A stretch of 64,000 nt of DNA, from assembly GCF_009914755.1 (NCBI RefSeq), contig NC_060930.1. One strand, 5' to 3'. The stretch comes from the human T2T-CHM13v2.0 reference genome, Homo sapiens. Shown piece after piece: positions 17,533-30,400 of this stretch (its first letter is position 1; the number at the start of each line of letters is the position of its first letter). Under the pieces are notes generated by a model that saw nothing but the letters and a program-made list of their open reading frames with translations, was not told the origin of the DNA and ran no database searches. The position numbers and the translations under genes were made by a program.

Positions 17533-17868
17533 TATTATATATTGAACCAGATATATGCAAATTCTATTATAGGGCAGCTAACACCAGAGTACAGGTTTCT
17601 TCTTCCAGATTAACATGGAGACACACTGAAAGAAGTGTTTAATGGTAATAGTATGCTACAGAAGCTCGACTTTTAGATTTATATGTTACTTATAGTTTAT
17701 AAATAATAATTATTTATTTTCAACACAAACTCTTGATGCTATGTTTTCAAAATTGTGAAGTTTCTGAAAAAGCTGTGAATGTAATAACAAAGGGTAATTA
17801 CCATCTTCAATGGGGAAAAGGGTGCAATGATCTGATTTCTCTTTCACAATGAAAATATGTACTGAACA

Positions 17869-18146
17869 AGATGGGTACAGTGGCTCATGCCTGTAATGCC
17901 AGCACTTTGGGAGGCCAAGACAGGTGACACTTGAAGCCAGGAATTTGAGACCAGCCTGGGCAACATAGGGAGGTCCTGTCTCTATAAAAATTAGCTGGGC
18001 ATGGTGGCATGCACCTGTAGTCCCAGCTACTCAGGAGGCTGAGGTAGGAGGATCACTTGAGCCTGAAAGTTTGAGGCTGCAGTGATTGTACCTGCACTCC
18101 AGCCTGGGTGACAGAACCGACACCCTGTTAAAAAAAAAAAAAAAAA
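17869..18146 (+). mobile_element. Alu (AluJ-like) followed by a GA-rich tract to ~18200
   Basis: Alu dimer, poly(A), then GAA/GGAA/GGGA repeats. Confidence 0.9.
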
Positions 18147-18801
18147 GAAGAAGAAGAAAAGAAGGAAGGGAGGAAGGGAGAGAGGGAGGAGGGGAGGGAA
18201 CGAAAAACATGCCCTGAACAAACTTAACCAATCAATCTGTTCTATTTTTCCTGAATCAAATCCTCTTATGAAAAGTAAGTCTAACAGACTTAGGCTTGAT
18301 TTTAAACTCTTAAGACACAAAACAACGATGAAAATACCTGAAATAACAACTACGGAAAAGAAGAATCTTCCATGGCTTGACCTGTCAGATTCAAAGATAT
18401 AATCAGTCACATTAAGAAAGGATCTCTACGTTTGCATTCACTTCCTGTCACAAATAATAGCTCAACTTGAGCAGTAACAGAACATCAGAAACAACAAACA
18501 GAAACACTAACTTCAACTATTTTTATATGAGTTCCATTTCTTTCTCTTAGGAACCATTACTTCAAATAATGTGAAGAAGATATAAAAATATTTTGCTACC
18601 TGACAGGTAGTAAGACTGTAAGACTTAGGAATCCAGGACCCTTCTGTTATCATCCATGGCAATGACCATTTATTACTAGTTTTTTAAGCTGGGGCCTAAA
18701 GAAGCCATCTGAATTATTGGTATGAATTACCAAGAAAATATCAGTACCCCCAATATTAATTTAGAAATTCTTATGGCAGTCTGCATTGTTGTCAACATAT
18801 T

Positions 18802-18928
18802 AAATGACGAGTTAATGGATGCAGTACACCAACATGGCACATGTATACATATGTAACAAACTTGCACATTGTGCACATGTACCCTAAAACTTAAAGTATT
18901 ATAATAATAATAATAATAATAATAAAAA
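18802..18928 (+). mobile_element. Very short young L1PA (L1PA3-like) 3' end with (AAT)n tail
   Basis: AAATGACGAGTTAATGG...GTACCCTAAAACTTAAAGTAT followed by ATAATAATA repeats. Confidence 0.88.
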
Positions 18929-19389
18929 ATTCTAACACCAATTTACCTCTTCACATCCTATTATCTCCCTATACAAACCTCTGCACCTACCCAACTATGC
19001 CTCTTGTACCCCAGGCGAACAAAGCTCCACACTTTGCTTTCTATTTTCCTAAATTATCTGTCCATCCTTTTATTTCTACAGAGGCAGAGAAAGATAAAAA
19101 CACGCATGCATGCATTCACTCACAACCTACCATTCTCCTAATTGGTAGTGCAAAACAGTTCTTGCTTCCTTTGTGAATCCTACCTCAACTGCCTCAGTCC
19201 ACAGGTTTTCCTCAGCTTTTGACATTTATAACCAATTCTAGGCATCTGACACATCACATCCAACTTTGTGTTATAATTACCTTTTTACAGAGCGATTTCT
19301 TTGTAAATCAGCTATGAGTAAGTTGAAGGCAGATAAAATGTTACTAATCTTTATATGCCCAGTCTCCACCAAAGTGTCTTGTACATATG

Positions 19390-19583
19390 CAGTAAGTCCT
19401 AACTTACCATCAATAGGTTCTTGGAAACTGCGACCTTAAGCAAAGCAATGTACAGCAGGTCCTTGAATAACATCATTTTGTTAAAATGTGGGCAAGGAAA
19501 AAAACTTGGCTTTGTTATATGTCATTTCTCTTAAAGTCACAGTTTCCAAGAACCTATCATCGATGTTAAGTGAGGACTTACTG
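19390..19583. mobile_element. MER6B-like Tigger MITE with long terminal inverted repeats
   Basis: CAGTAAGTCCT...ATAGGTTCTTGGAAACTG is complementary to CAGTTTCCAAGAACCTAT...AGGACTTACTG; TA on the right flank. Confidence 0.78.
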
Positions 19584-19846
19584 TATATTTAATGTTTGTA
19601 TGTTTGTTTTTGACTAGCAGGTAAATTTTGAGACATGTAACAGACAAGAAAATAGTATGTATAGTCACAGAAAGAGGGACTGTAAACACATTTCATGCAT
19701 TAGACAGAAGTGGGTGTTAGGTAAAATAAGGGTATGATGGGAGGGGAAAACATGATGAAAGGAATTTATGTTTGCTACAGTGGGCAACAGTTCATTTTAA
19801 TGTAAAAGTGGCCAAAATCGAATTAATGCAGCATAAAAAGGTTCTA

Positions 19847-20172
<326 letters not shown>

Positions 20173-23100
20173 CTAGAGTATCAAGATACCCAAAATAAAG
20201 ACTATAGAGTGTAAGGTTTTCAGGAGGAAAGTGATGTGGACCCAGCCCAGGGCATTCAGAAGAGGTGGATGTTAACTGTCCTGGCCAACAGTGCTGACTG
20301 AAGGAGAGACCAGGCCTCAAGGAGAGTGGACCAAGTAAGGGTATTCCTAGTACTCTAACACGAATGAATAGAATTCAAATGAACAGAATTGTCTTTACTT
20401 TTTTTCTCCCAAACTATAATTTTTCATGATTTTACTGATTAGATCGTTCAAACCAGTAAAAGCACCTGAAAATCATTGTCAGACTTTGCTTAAGATTTTT
20501 ACTTATTATGGATAAGAATGACTCCTAAAAGGGTCTGGGAGCCTGCACGGAATAGCATGGAAGAGTTCATCACTAATAGTAACTTTTCCTCACTAATATA
20601 ATTTCTACTTTTTCCTTGTGTGGCTATTCCTCTCTGCATATCTCCATTTAGTGACATCTAATGACCTATATTACGTGCATGTTACTTTACTTCATTCATT
20701 CTTTTGCTAAACTATAACCACCCTGGGAACCTTTTCTTGATTATTCTCACAGTCACTGCCTTTTACATCACCCAATTAACCATGTGCTATGCAACCAACC
20801 TACTCATTCCGAAACTTAAAAACATCTGTTCCTTCTCCCTGCAATTCTGCTACAATTCTTTTTGCAGCTGAAATCAGCCCTGAGTCATCAAAATGCCTCC
20901 AAGAAAGACTGATCTTGAAAAACATTAGAATGTTTTAATTCCAGCTATGCTCACACAAGGCATACTCAACTTTGGGCAAAAAAATGAGAAACTGTTTTCA
21001 CTGAATCTAGCGTGATGGCAAAACCTACTTGAAAAAAAATCGTGAAAATGAGATATTATCTTTATCTTTCTGAGCTAATCAGGGCACTCAAAATGCATAG
21101 GTGATTTATTTACATAAGTGATCTCCTACCAGCTAGTTCTTAAAGAAATAAAATAGACTTCTAGAGACTATTTCAAATTAATAACTATATAATACTGTTA
21201 CCCAAATCTTGTGGACATGAAGAAGTAATCAACTAAAAGTAAAAGAAAAACAACAAGTAGGGCTGACCCTTCTAAAAATGACAGGTAGGAGAAATACATG
21301 ACATAGTAAACTTCCAAACAGGATGCTCTGGGAACAGAAAATACTTCATAGTGATATCAGATAATATTATAATAAGAAGCCCTTTAATATCTCAGAGATT
21401 CACAATTATTCCCAATGCAAGAATTCTCAGCTTTTGCTATTAACAACTAAGGAAGATAAACACTCAACATGACTAAATGAGCAGCAGAGGTGAGATTATA
21501 ACTTTGAGCTCTCTTTATACTCCCATCTCTTTTTATGTTAAAAAAAAAACAACAACAACAACACAACGATTCTCTATTTTGGTCTTTGTCGTTAAAACCA
21601 CATCCCTTTGGTCAAGTCACTTAGTCCAGTCAGTGGACTAGGATAATTTTGGCATACAAGCAGAACTCAGAAAGGGTTCAAGAACTATAATAATATACTA
21701 TATATGACAATAATGCAATAGAAACAGTAACTAATTACTTCAAAATAGTATACAGAAAAATAACTCTGCATACAAGGCAACATAATGTAACTATGTTGTC
21801 ATCTTCCCCATCTGTAACTGGAATGTTTAAAGTACCTACACTTTTACAGGTTGTTTGAGAATTAATTAGAATAGTGCCTGCTGGGCATATAATACTCAAC
21901 AAATGTTGGCTATTTTTCTATTTGATAAAAGCACTAACTTTAAAAGTTAAAAACATAATTATTCATGTTTTTGGCTTTAAACAAATAAATTATCCTGTTT
22001 TTCTTTTTCATATTAAAGTTATAAAATGCTGACAAAGAAAAAAAGGATCAGATTTCCAAAAATATATCAATATGGTTGTAACATTTCACAATAAGATGTA
22101 AAAATTACTATATATAAATACATTAAATTTAAATATCCTTTTATATTATTCATTTCCCTATGTTTCAGCCTTCTTGCCCCCCCAAATTTTTATTTTAAAC
22201 CAAATTTCCACTAGATAATTGCTTTTACTGGCTAATAACACTTAGAAAGCAAATCTGATGTAAAATACTAAAATCTATTAAGAAGAAATTATGGATCATC
22301 AAACAACCTAAAATGTCATTTTATGTCTGTGCACATAGGCGGTGGATAGATTAATTTTTAAAAGAGTATGTATGTAAATATGTATATATACATGTAAATA
22401 AAATGTGTGTTCACTGTTAATATTTTGCAAATTACCAAACTTAAATCTCAGCAAAAAACTTAAATATCTTATAATTTTTCACTATTATTAACTGAGTCAA
22501 CTAATCAGAAGCAACATATTATTTTAGCAGATGAATGATCACTTGTGAAGCTATTTCCTGAGTACTGGAAATGCTCTGATCTTGTGACACTGTAAAAATA
22601 ATTTAAATATACAGTTAAATATTTAACATATTTTAGTAAAACTGTCAATATCCAAATGGTAACTTAATGCTGACTTCTATTTTCAATGTTACAAATTTAC
22701 AAGTTTCTCCAAATCTCATACTTCATTGCATTTAGCATAGTTTGCAAATCTTCTGAACTGCAAACTTGTCATTTTATTTATAGGCAATTAATTCTGTAGA
22801 TAATAAAATTTGAGGACATGGAGAAGACAAATATTTAGTTCACAATTTAGAAAAAAAACTATTTTAAGAGATTATTAGATTTACTGGAATACATCTCTTT
22901 ATTCCTGTTTTAGAAAATTAAAGATCCCTCCAATCCACACACCACAACATTAATGACAAGATGTCACTTACAGCAGCAATCTCAAACTTCTGAAGGTGCT
23001 CACATACCAAGTTAATACTTCCTATTACAAATTTGGGGAACGTGTGGATTTCTATGATCTAGACTTGGAGTTTGTTAGTGCTCTTTGGGGTGGAGGCGGA

Positions 23101-26100
23101 GAGAGAATTATCAGGAAAATGGGTCTTGTTTTGCTTGGGGTTGTTCACAATGTGCATGTTGTAAGAAGAGTCAACCAAAACAAGCGCAGGTCTGGAGCTT
23201 TCCTAAATGCATGAATTACAACCACACACCACTTGAAATGGGTCTTTACTGTTGTGCCTGCATTTAGGGTAAGGATGGAGGGAGAGTTATTTTGTTTTTT
23301 GAGACTTTATTAGGCAAGAGGACAAGAGAACACTCTTTTATAATGGATTAGTATTCGCTGAAGGAATGATTTTTCTCCTTTCTGTAATAAGTAAAATGCA
23401 TAACTTCTAGACATTTAATATGAATCTAGATCCGAAACTGTGGCATTATTTATCAGACATGACTTCAGCAATAGGGATTTTTACATAATCTTTTATATTT
23501 ACATGGTTATTAGTGTCTCTGAAATTCAAGTAAGAGAACTACTTCTTTTTAGAAGCAAAATACTGGTTAAAGAAAACAACAGGATAAGAAGTACCATGCT
23601 AGTTCCTTTCATCAAAATAGGAGGTCCACTGACTGCACTGTAAATACCTAAGTAGGTAAAGTATTGCATTTCCTTTTTTGGAAAACTTTTCAAAGATACA
23701 AAATAAAATTGTTTATTCTTTGTTCAAGCCATGTTTAACAAGAACTCACCTTAATATAGTGGTATAATGTTTTAAAAAACACTAGAATATGCCAAAATAT
23801 TTCCCACAGTTTTCTACAAAATGTCTAGCTCAAAAGTCATCGAAATTTCCAGCTAAGAAAAATGCTAAATTTCTTAATTGAAAAACAATTTGAGGGCTAT
23901 ATTTAAAGTGTTCTCAGAAGAATGTATTCACAAAATCTACATTCCAAATAAAGTTGATGTTAATAATAACTTACAACCACAATTTAAATTAGAAAATAAA
24001 ATTGATTTATATTGCCACAAAGATATACTAAGCCCAAGATGTAACAGAGATTAGAAATTAAAATTTTCAATGCAGTAAATATGTATGTAATTAGAACCAG
24101 AGCTTTTAAATAGTTTGATGAACTCCATGGTATATACTTAATGTTAAAAACAACAGAAAACAAAAAACAAAGCCCACTTGGCTTTCCAGTCATTCTTCAA
24201 TTATAATGTTAAGAAATATTTATTAGTGCTTTCATATACCAGCAACTGGGCTAAATGCTGAGGATACAGAAGTGGACAAGAAACAGCTCAGCCTCATAGG
24301 GCTTAGTCTTTTGATAAGTTGTCTAAGGACATAAAGATAATATTGAGATTGAAACGTGTGTATTTTAGGACTTATGTGGCATTCTGTTTTGTCAATAATG
24401 CTACCAAAAGCACCTGGGTAGGAGAACAACCATTATAGACTATCTTTTAGAACTTTTATCTACAACTACTGTATGACTCGTTAGTAATCACTGCATGATT
24501 TTTAACATCCAGAAAGTTACAGTGTAGGGTTGCTCGACACTCAGCAGTAATCCCAAAATGCTCTGTCAGCAACTTAATAGCTATTGCATGGAAGTAGGGA
24601 GAATTTAGTATCCATAAGGTTTTCCTTTAACCTTCGTTTACTTTTTGAAGCTATTTTCAACAAAGGGATAAATACTTCATCTTTTATTACTGTAATATGA
24701 AACACTGAAAATTTTCCTCATCATTAAGAGTATTACAGAAAATTTAGCCATTATTCAACGACTATGTCACACAGATCTAGACCTGATTTCATTCCTTTCT
24801 CTCAAGTTTTCACCTACCTCCTTTTCTTTCTAATTTTTTCATCTAAGGAAGATCTTACCTTTATTTCTTTCTCTATCCTCAAAAAACATGAAATCACTTG
24901 GGAGACAGAGTAGATGTGCAAGGCTCCCCTCTGTTCTTGAGAATTCGTACTTTTGAAACAGAAAATGGTTTTACTTGGCTCCATAAAACATTTAAATTCA
25001 TTTCTCATTCATCTTTTCCTTCCTCCCTCTTCCCAGTAACTATGAGATCTCATCTTTTTCTTCCCCTCCAAAGACATTCTGAGGGTAATCATGAGTTCAG
25101 GGACAGGTAAGCCTCCTCCCTATCATCTGTATCACAAAATGTGGCACTCTCCTGCCAGAAGCATATGGCAGCATTAGCTGGACAAGTCCTACCCTGAAGC
25201 AGTGTTTGCCAAACTGTGAGTCGTGACCCATTTTCCAATACAGAAATTAATTTAGTGGGTTGAGACCAGCATCTAAAAACTAAATCAAAAGAAAAAGAAA
25301 CAAAACAAAATGGCATCACACATATTTTGAAACTTCAGCTCACATTACATGTATATAAATACACGTATGTGTGCATATACTAGAACCTGAAGGAAATATA
25401 TTTTGTGCAGGTTATGAACAAAAGTTTGGAAGTCATCGAACTAGAACATTCAGTTATTCTTCAGATATTTTAGAGGTTTAAAATATGAACGTTAGTTTCT
25501 TTTAGTAAAAATAAGTATTGATCTAATAAGCCAGATATTTTCTAAAAGATCATCAGTCAGCAAACAAACCAAATCATTACTAATAGGTTTCCTAGCATAT
25601 TTCAGTCTTTTATAATAGAAAGATTCCAAATAAATACTTTACTCTTAAATTTAATTTAGGCTAAATATTAACATTTACTTGTTAATAATCTTAAAAATAT
25701 TTTTAACATATCAAATAACAATCTGAGCTTGAAATACCTTAAAGGAAAAATATGCTACTTTAAAAAAAATAGAAATGATGTCCAAGTGGATGGTTTGATA
25801 GATTTTCAATTTTGACTTCAAAAATGAAGAGATAAGTATTTCTTTGCATCTATTGCATATGCACACGAATACAAACATCACTCTTACGTTTCCTTGGTGG
25901 TAGAGATTTTTTAAAATTCAAGTTCAGAAAGCTTAGAGTATCTGACTGTGACTAATGGCACCCAGTTACTCAGCAGGGACAGAACCAGACTGAGGCAGGG
26001 AATAATGTTGCTGTACTGACTGAAAAATAACTGCCTTAAAAAAAAATCCCATATAATGGTTATAGTCCTTACTTTCCACATATGGTTGCTGCAAAAAATT

Positions 26101-27237
26101 CCTACTTAAAATATAGAAGACTTTTTTCAAGCCTTTCTGCAGTGTCAAAGTGGAAACTTGGGTCTGACTCAGCCTTACAGCCACTCACAATTCTTGGACT
26201 ATCAGAACTGGAAAAGACAACTAATATCAAGAGATGGCCCTGTAGCTTTGTGTCTCTCCATTAACAACCCTTTGGCTGATTAAATGTGATCTTGAGAGGC
26301 TTCAATCCTTCTTGGTTTTTATGGATTCTGGCTGGTAAGTGAAGCTTTCATAATGAGAAACCTAAAGAATTAGCATTAAGATTTTTACTAGACTTTGACA
26401 TGCTCTAGAAAACAACACAGAGTAACTGGTGTAAAATGTAAACTATTAAACTAGAACATATCTACAAAAATAAGATGTGAAAAATAGAATATATATATTA
26501 AGATAAAGGTATTATGAAAAGATATATAGAAATACCCAGTCCCCAATCCTCACATAAAGGACTTCTGAAAAACTTCCCTTTTTAATTTCAAAGACTGCAT
26601 ATAAAGGTATAATGAACTATATCGCTTACTTAATAAAATCCTAAGTGGCATACATCCCAGTACATTTAGAAATTTAATCTCAATAAAGTCAAAGGAGTTA
26701 CCGTCTTGGATGAGGATGAAATCTGCTTCATTTATAGTATAAAACTACAGTTGTGGATATGTTAAGCATGTCCTTTCTTACTCCATGTTACCACTCATTA
26801 TAAAATGATTGGTGTTTTATGTAGCTTATATTTTAGGATAAACAAGAGGATAATCAAGCATGTTTAAAATCAAGTTCAAATAAAAAATTTTCTCTGAAAA
26901 CTTAATTTTTTATGAATCTAGTATCTCTTTGGTTAATAGAAAACTTGAGAGAACATTTTATTCACTTATTATGGTTCACAATTTGGGGTCCTTGAATGCA
27001 CTCCAGTGGGGTTCATGAAACCTCTGAAATTATAAGCAAAAGTATGTCTATGTATGTAAACTTTTCTAGGGAGAGGGTTCATGGTTTTCACAGGATTTTG
27101 AAAGGGGTCAGTCATCTGGGAGTAGAGTCTCTGCCTTGGGTGAAAGTTGAGGACTGAGCTTCTTTGAAAAAGAACCTTCCCCATGACTTACTGAAGATGT
27201 TAAGAGATTAAAAAAAAAAAAAAAGTAAGTTGAGGAA

Positions 27238-27424
27238 GGCCAGGCACAGTGGCTCATATCTGTAATCCCAACACTTTGGGAGGCTGAGGCAGGAGACTTG
27301 CTTGAGCCCAGGAGTTCCAGACCAGCCTGGGCAACAATGTGAGACCTCATCTCTATAAAAAATTTAAAAATTAGCTGAACATGGTGGCAACATGCCTGTA
27401 ATCCCAGCTACTCGAGAGGCTGAG
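27238..27424 (+). mobile_element. 3'-truncated Alu (AluJ-like) abutting the L1PB 5' end
   Basis: Left monomer, linker and ~55 bp of the right monomer, ending at GAGGCTGAG. Confidence 0.88.
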
Positions 27425-30400
27425 CTGCAGAAAATGGTGGCTAGGAGACAGGACTTATGTGTATCTCCCACTTGGATGAACAGAACAGTGTGTGAAGACT
27501 CACACTGTGAACTCTTGCTTCAAGAACCACCAAAGAAACATACCAGGAAAACCAAAAGAAGTCACAGACCCTTTGAAAGAAGTGGCTTGCTGCTGCAAAC
27601 TCCATGAGACAGCCAAAAAACTGTGAGTTCCCAAAGTATGACAGGGGAAAAGTCTGCTTCTGAACATATATCCCCACTGGAAAACCTGAAAATCCAGATC
27701 ATGGGAGAAGGATTTAACCTCACTTAGAGCTGAAATGGATTTAGAGAGCTGAGGAAAATACTAAAGTAGAAGAAGCAGCAGGAAGAGCCCTGTAGGCACT
27801 CCTGGTCTCCAGCTTGAGCCCAGGGAAGCCATTGTTAGCCTTATCTGAGAGAGGTCCTTGGGGAAGGCAGCCAGCAGAATTGGGAAGGAGCCACAGAGTG
27901 AAAGAAGCTCCTAGATGAACTCTGTAATAATTTCAAATGAGCACAAGTTTTCCTAAACAGAATCAGGGGGTGGGGAGGCAAATGGAAAATACAGATATGA
28001 GCACAGAAACTGCAGCTGATGGTGCAGGCAGGTGGGAAGGGGCGAGGCCTGAGAGCCCTGCTTGCTTTCTCAGTGGAGAGACTTGTAGCTTGGGTCAAGA
28101 TCTCAGTTCTGCTTCCCGCTCCATGAATATAAACTTGGTGCTGTCGGTGGGGCACAGTGGGAGGAAGACTGGCATTGCTGGCTGCATGGGAACTGGATAA
28201 AGCCTGTCACTGCCAGCTTTCCCCACTTGCCTGGTGACCTGTATGATGCAGCAGAGGCAGCCATAATTCCCCTTGGAACATAAATCCACTGGCCTAAGAA
28301 TCACCTGCTATGTCCCACAGTGTCTGCATTAAGCCCTGCTCAAGGAGAGTCTGAGCTCAGATCTGCCCAATCCTGCCCCATCTGATGGTTTTTCTCTACC
28401 CGCCCTGGTAGGCAAAGACAAAAGACATAAACTCTTGGGACCTCTATGACCCCGCGATCACCTGAGAAACCCAAGTACTTATCCTGGCCAATGTAGGGCA
28501 AGATTATATTCCCCTCCTACTACCACAGCTGGTCTCTTGAAAGCGCCACCTCCTGTCTGGAGGCCAGCCAACTCAAGCCATTACAGCAGCTCATAGCAGA
28601 ACAATCCTGTACTGAGGAAGCAGAAAACAACAGCTAATTCCACCACCTGCAACACCTTGGCCAACCAGAAGTCCAGAGTCTGTCCATATGACAACGTCAC
28701 CACTAGCATAACCACATTCAAGAAAACCAGCACACTAAACAAAACAACAACCAATGATTCCTACAGAGTTCACTTCAGTCCCCTGTCACCTTCACCGGGG
28801 CAGGTGCTGGTATCCACAGCTGGAAGATCTGAAGATGGTTCACATCACAGGACTCTTTGTAGACACTCCCCAGCACTAGCCAGGGGCCAGGTAGCCCCGC
28901 TGGGTGGCTAGACCTAGAAGGGCAATAGTAATCATTGCAATCTGGCTCTCAGGAAGCCCAATCCCTTGGGGATGATGGTGTGATGGTTAATATTGAGTGT
29001 CAACTTGATTGGATTGAAGGATGCAAAGTATTGTTCCTGGGTGTATCTGTGAAGGTGTTGCCAAAGGACATTAACATTTGAGTCTGTGGACTGGGAAAGG
29101 CAGACCTACCCTCAATTCAAGTGGGCACAATCTAATCAGCTGCCAGCACAACCAGAATAAAAGCAGGCAGAGGAACATGGAAAGACTAGACAGGCTAAGT
29201 CTTCTGGCCTCCATGTTTCTCCTGTGCTGGATGCTTCCTGCCCTCAAACATCAGACTCCCAGATTCTTCAGCTTTTAGACTCTTGGACTTACACCAGTGA
29301 TTTGTCAGGGGCTCTCGGGCCTTCGGCCACAGACTGAAGGCTGCACTGTCAGCTTCCCTACTTTTGAGGTTTTAGAACTCAGACTGGCTTCCTGGTTCCT
29401 CAGCTTGCAGACGGCCTATTGTGGGACTTCACTGTGATCGTGTGAGTCAATTCTCCTAATAAACTCCCCTTCATATATACATCTATCCTATGAGTTCTGT
29501 CCATCTAGAGAACCCTGACATACAGGGGGAGAGCAACACATCAAGGGATTACTCTGTGGGATAAAAGAATCTGAACAGCAGCCCTTGAAGTCCAGATCTA
29601 TCCACTGAAACAGTCTACTCAAATGAGAAGGAACCAAAAAAGTGATTCTGGTATGATGAAACAAGGTTCTTATAACACCCACTAAAGATCACACTAGCTC
29701 CCCAGCAATGGATCCAAGCCAAGAAGAAATCTGAATTGTCTGATAAAGAATTTAGAAGGTTGATTATTAAGCTACTCAAGGAGGTACCAGAGAAAGGTAA
29801 AAATCAACTTAAAGAAATTTTTTAAAAATACAGGATATGGTTGAAAAAGTCTCCACAGAAATAGGTACCACAAAGAAAGGACAATTACAACTTCTGGAAG
29901 TAAAAGACACACTTAGAGAAATGCAAAATACACTGGAAAGTTTCAACAATAGACTAGAACAAGTAGAAGAAAGAATTTCAGAGCTTGAAGACAGGCTTTT
30001 GAATTAACCCAATCAGACAAAGACAAAGAGAAAAAGAATTAAAAAAAAAAAATGAACAAAGCCTCCAAGAAATTTGGGATTATGTTAAAATGACCAAACA
30101 TAAGAATAACTGGTGTTCCTGAGGAAGAAGAGAAATCTAGAAATTTAGAAAACTTATTTGAGGGAATAGTCAATAAAAACTTCCCTGGTCTTGCTAGAGA
30201 TCTAGACATCCAAATACAGGACGCTCAAAGAACACCCGGGAAGTTCATCACAAAAAGATGATTGCCTAGGCACATAGTCATCAGGTTATCTAAAGTCAAG
30301 ATAAAGGAAATAATCTTAACAGCTATGAGACAAAAGCATCAGGTAACCTATAAAGGAAAACCTATCAGATTAACAGCTCATTTCTCAGCAGAAACCTTAC

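Noticed and set aside
23744-23800. Strong minus-strand donor AAG|GTGAGT, and a similar one near 52532-52540
   Set aside because: No convincing paired acceptor or RNGTT-like coding sequence.
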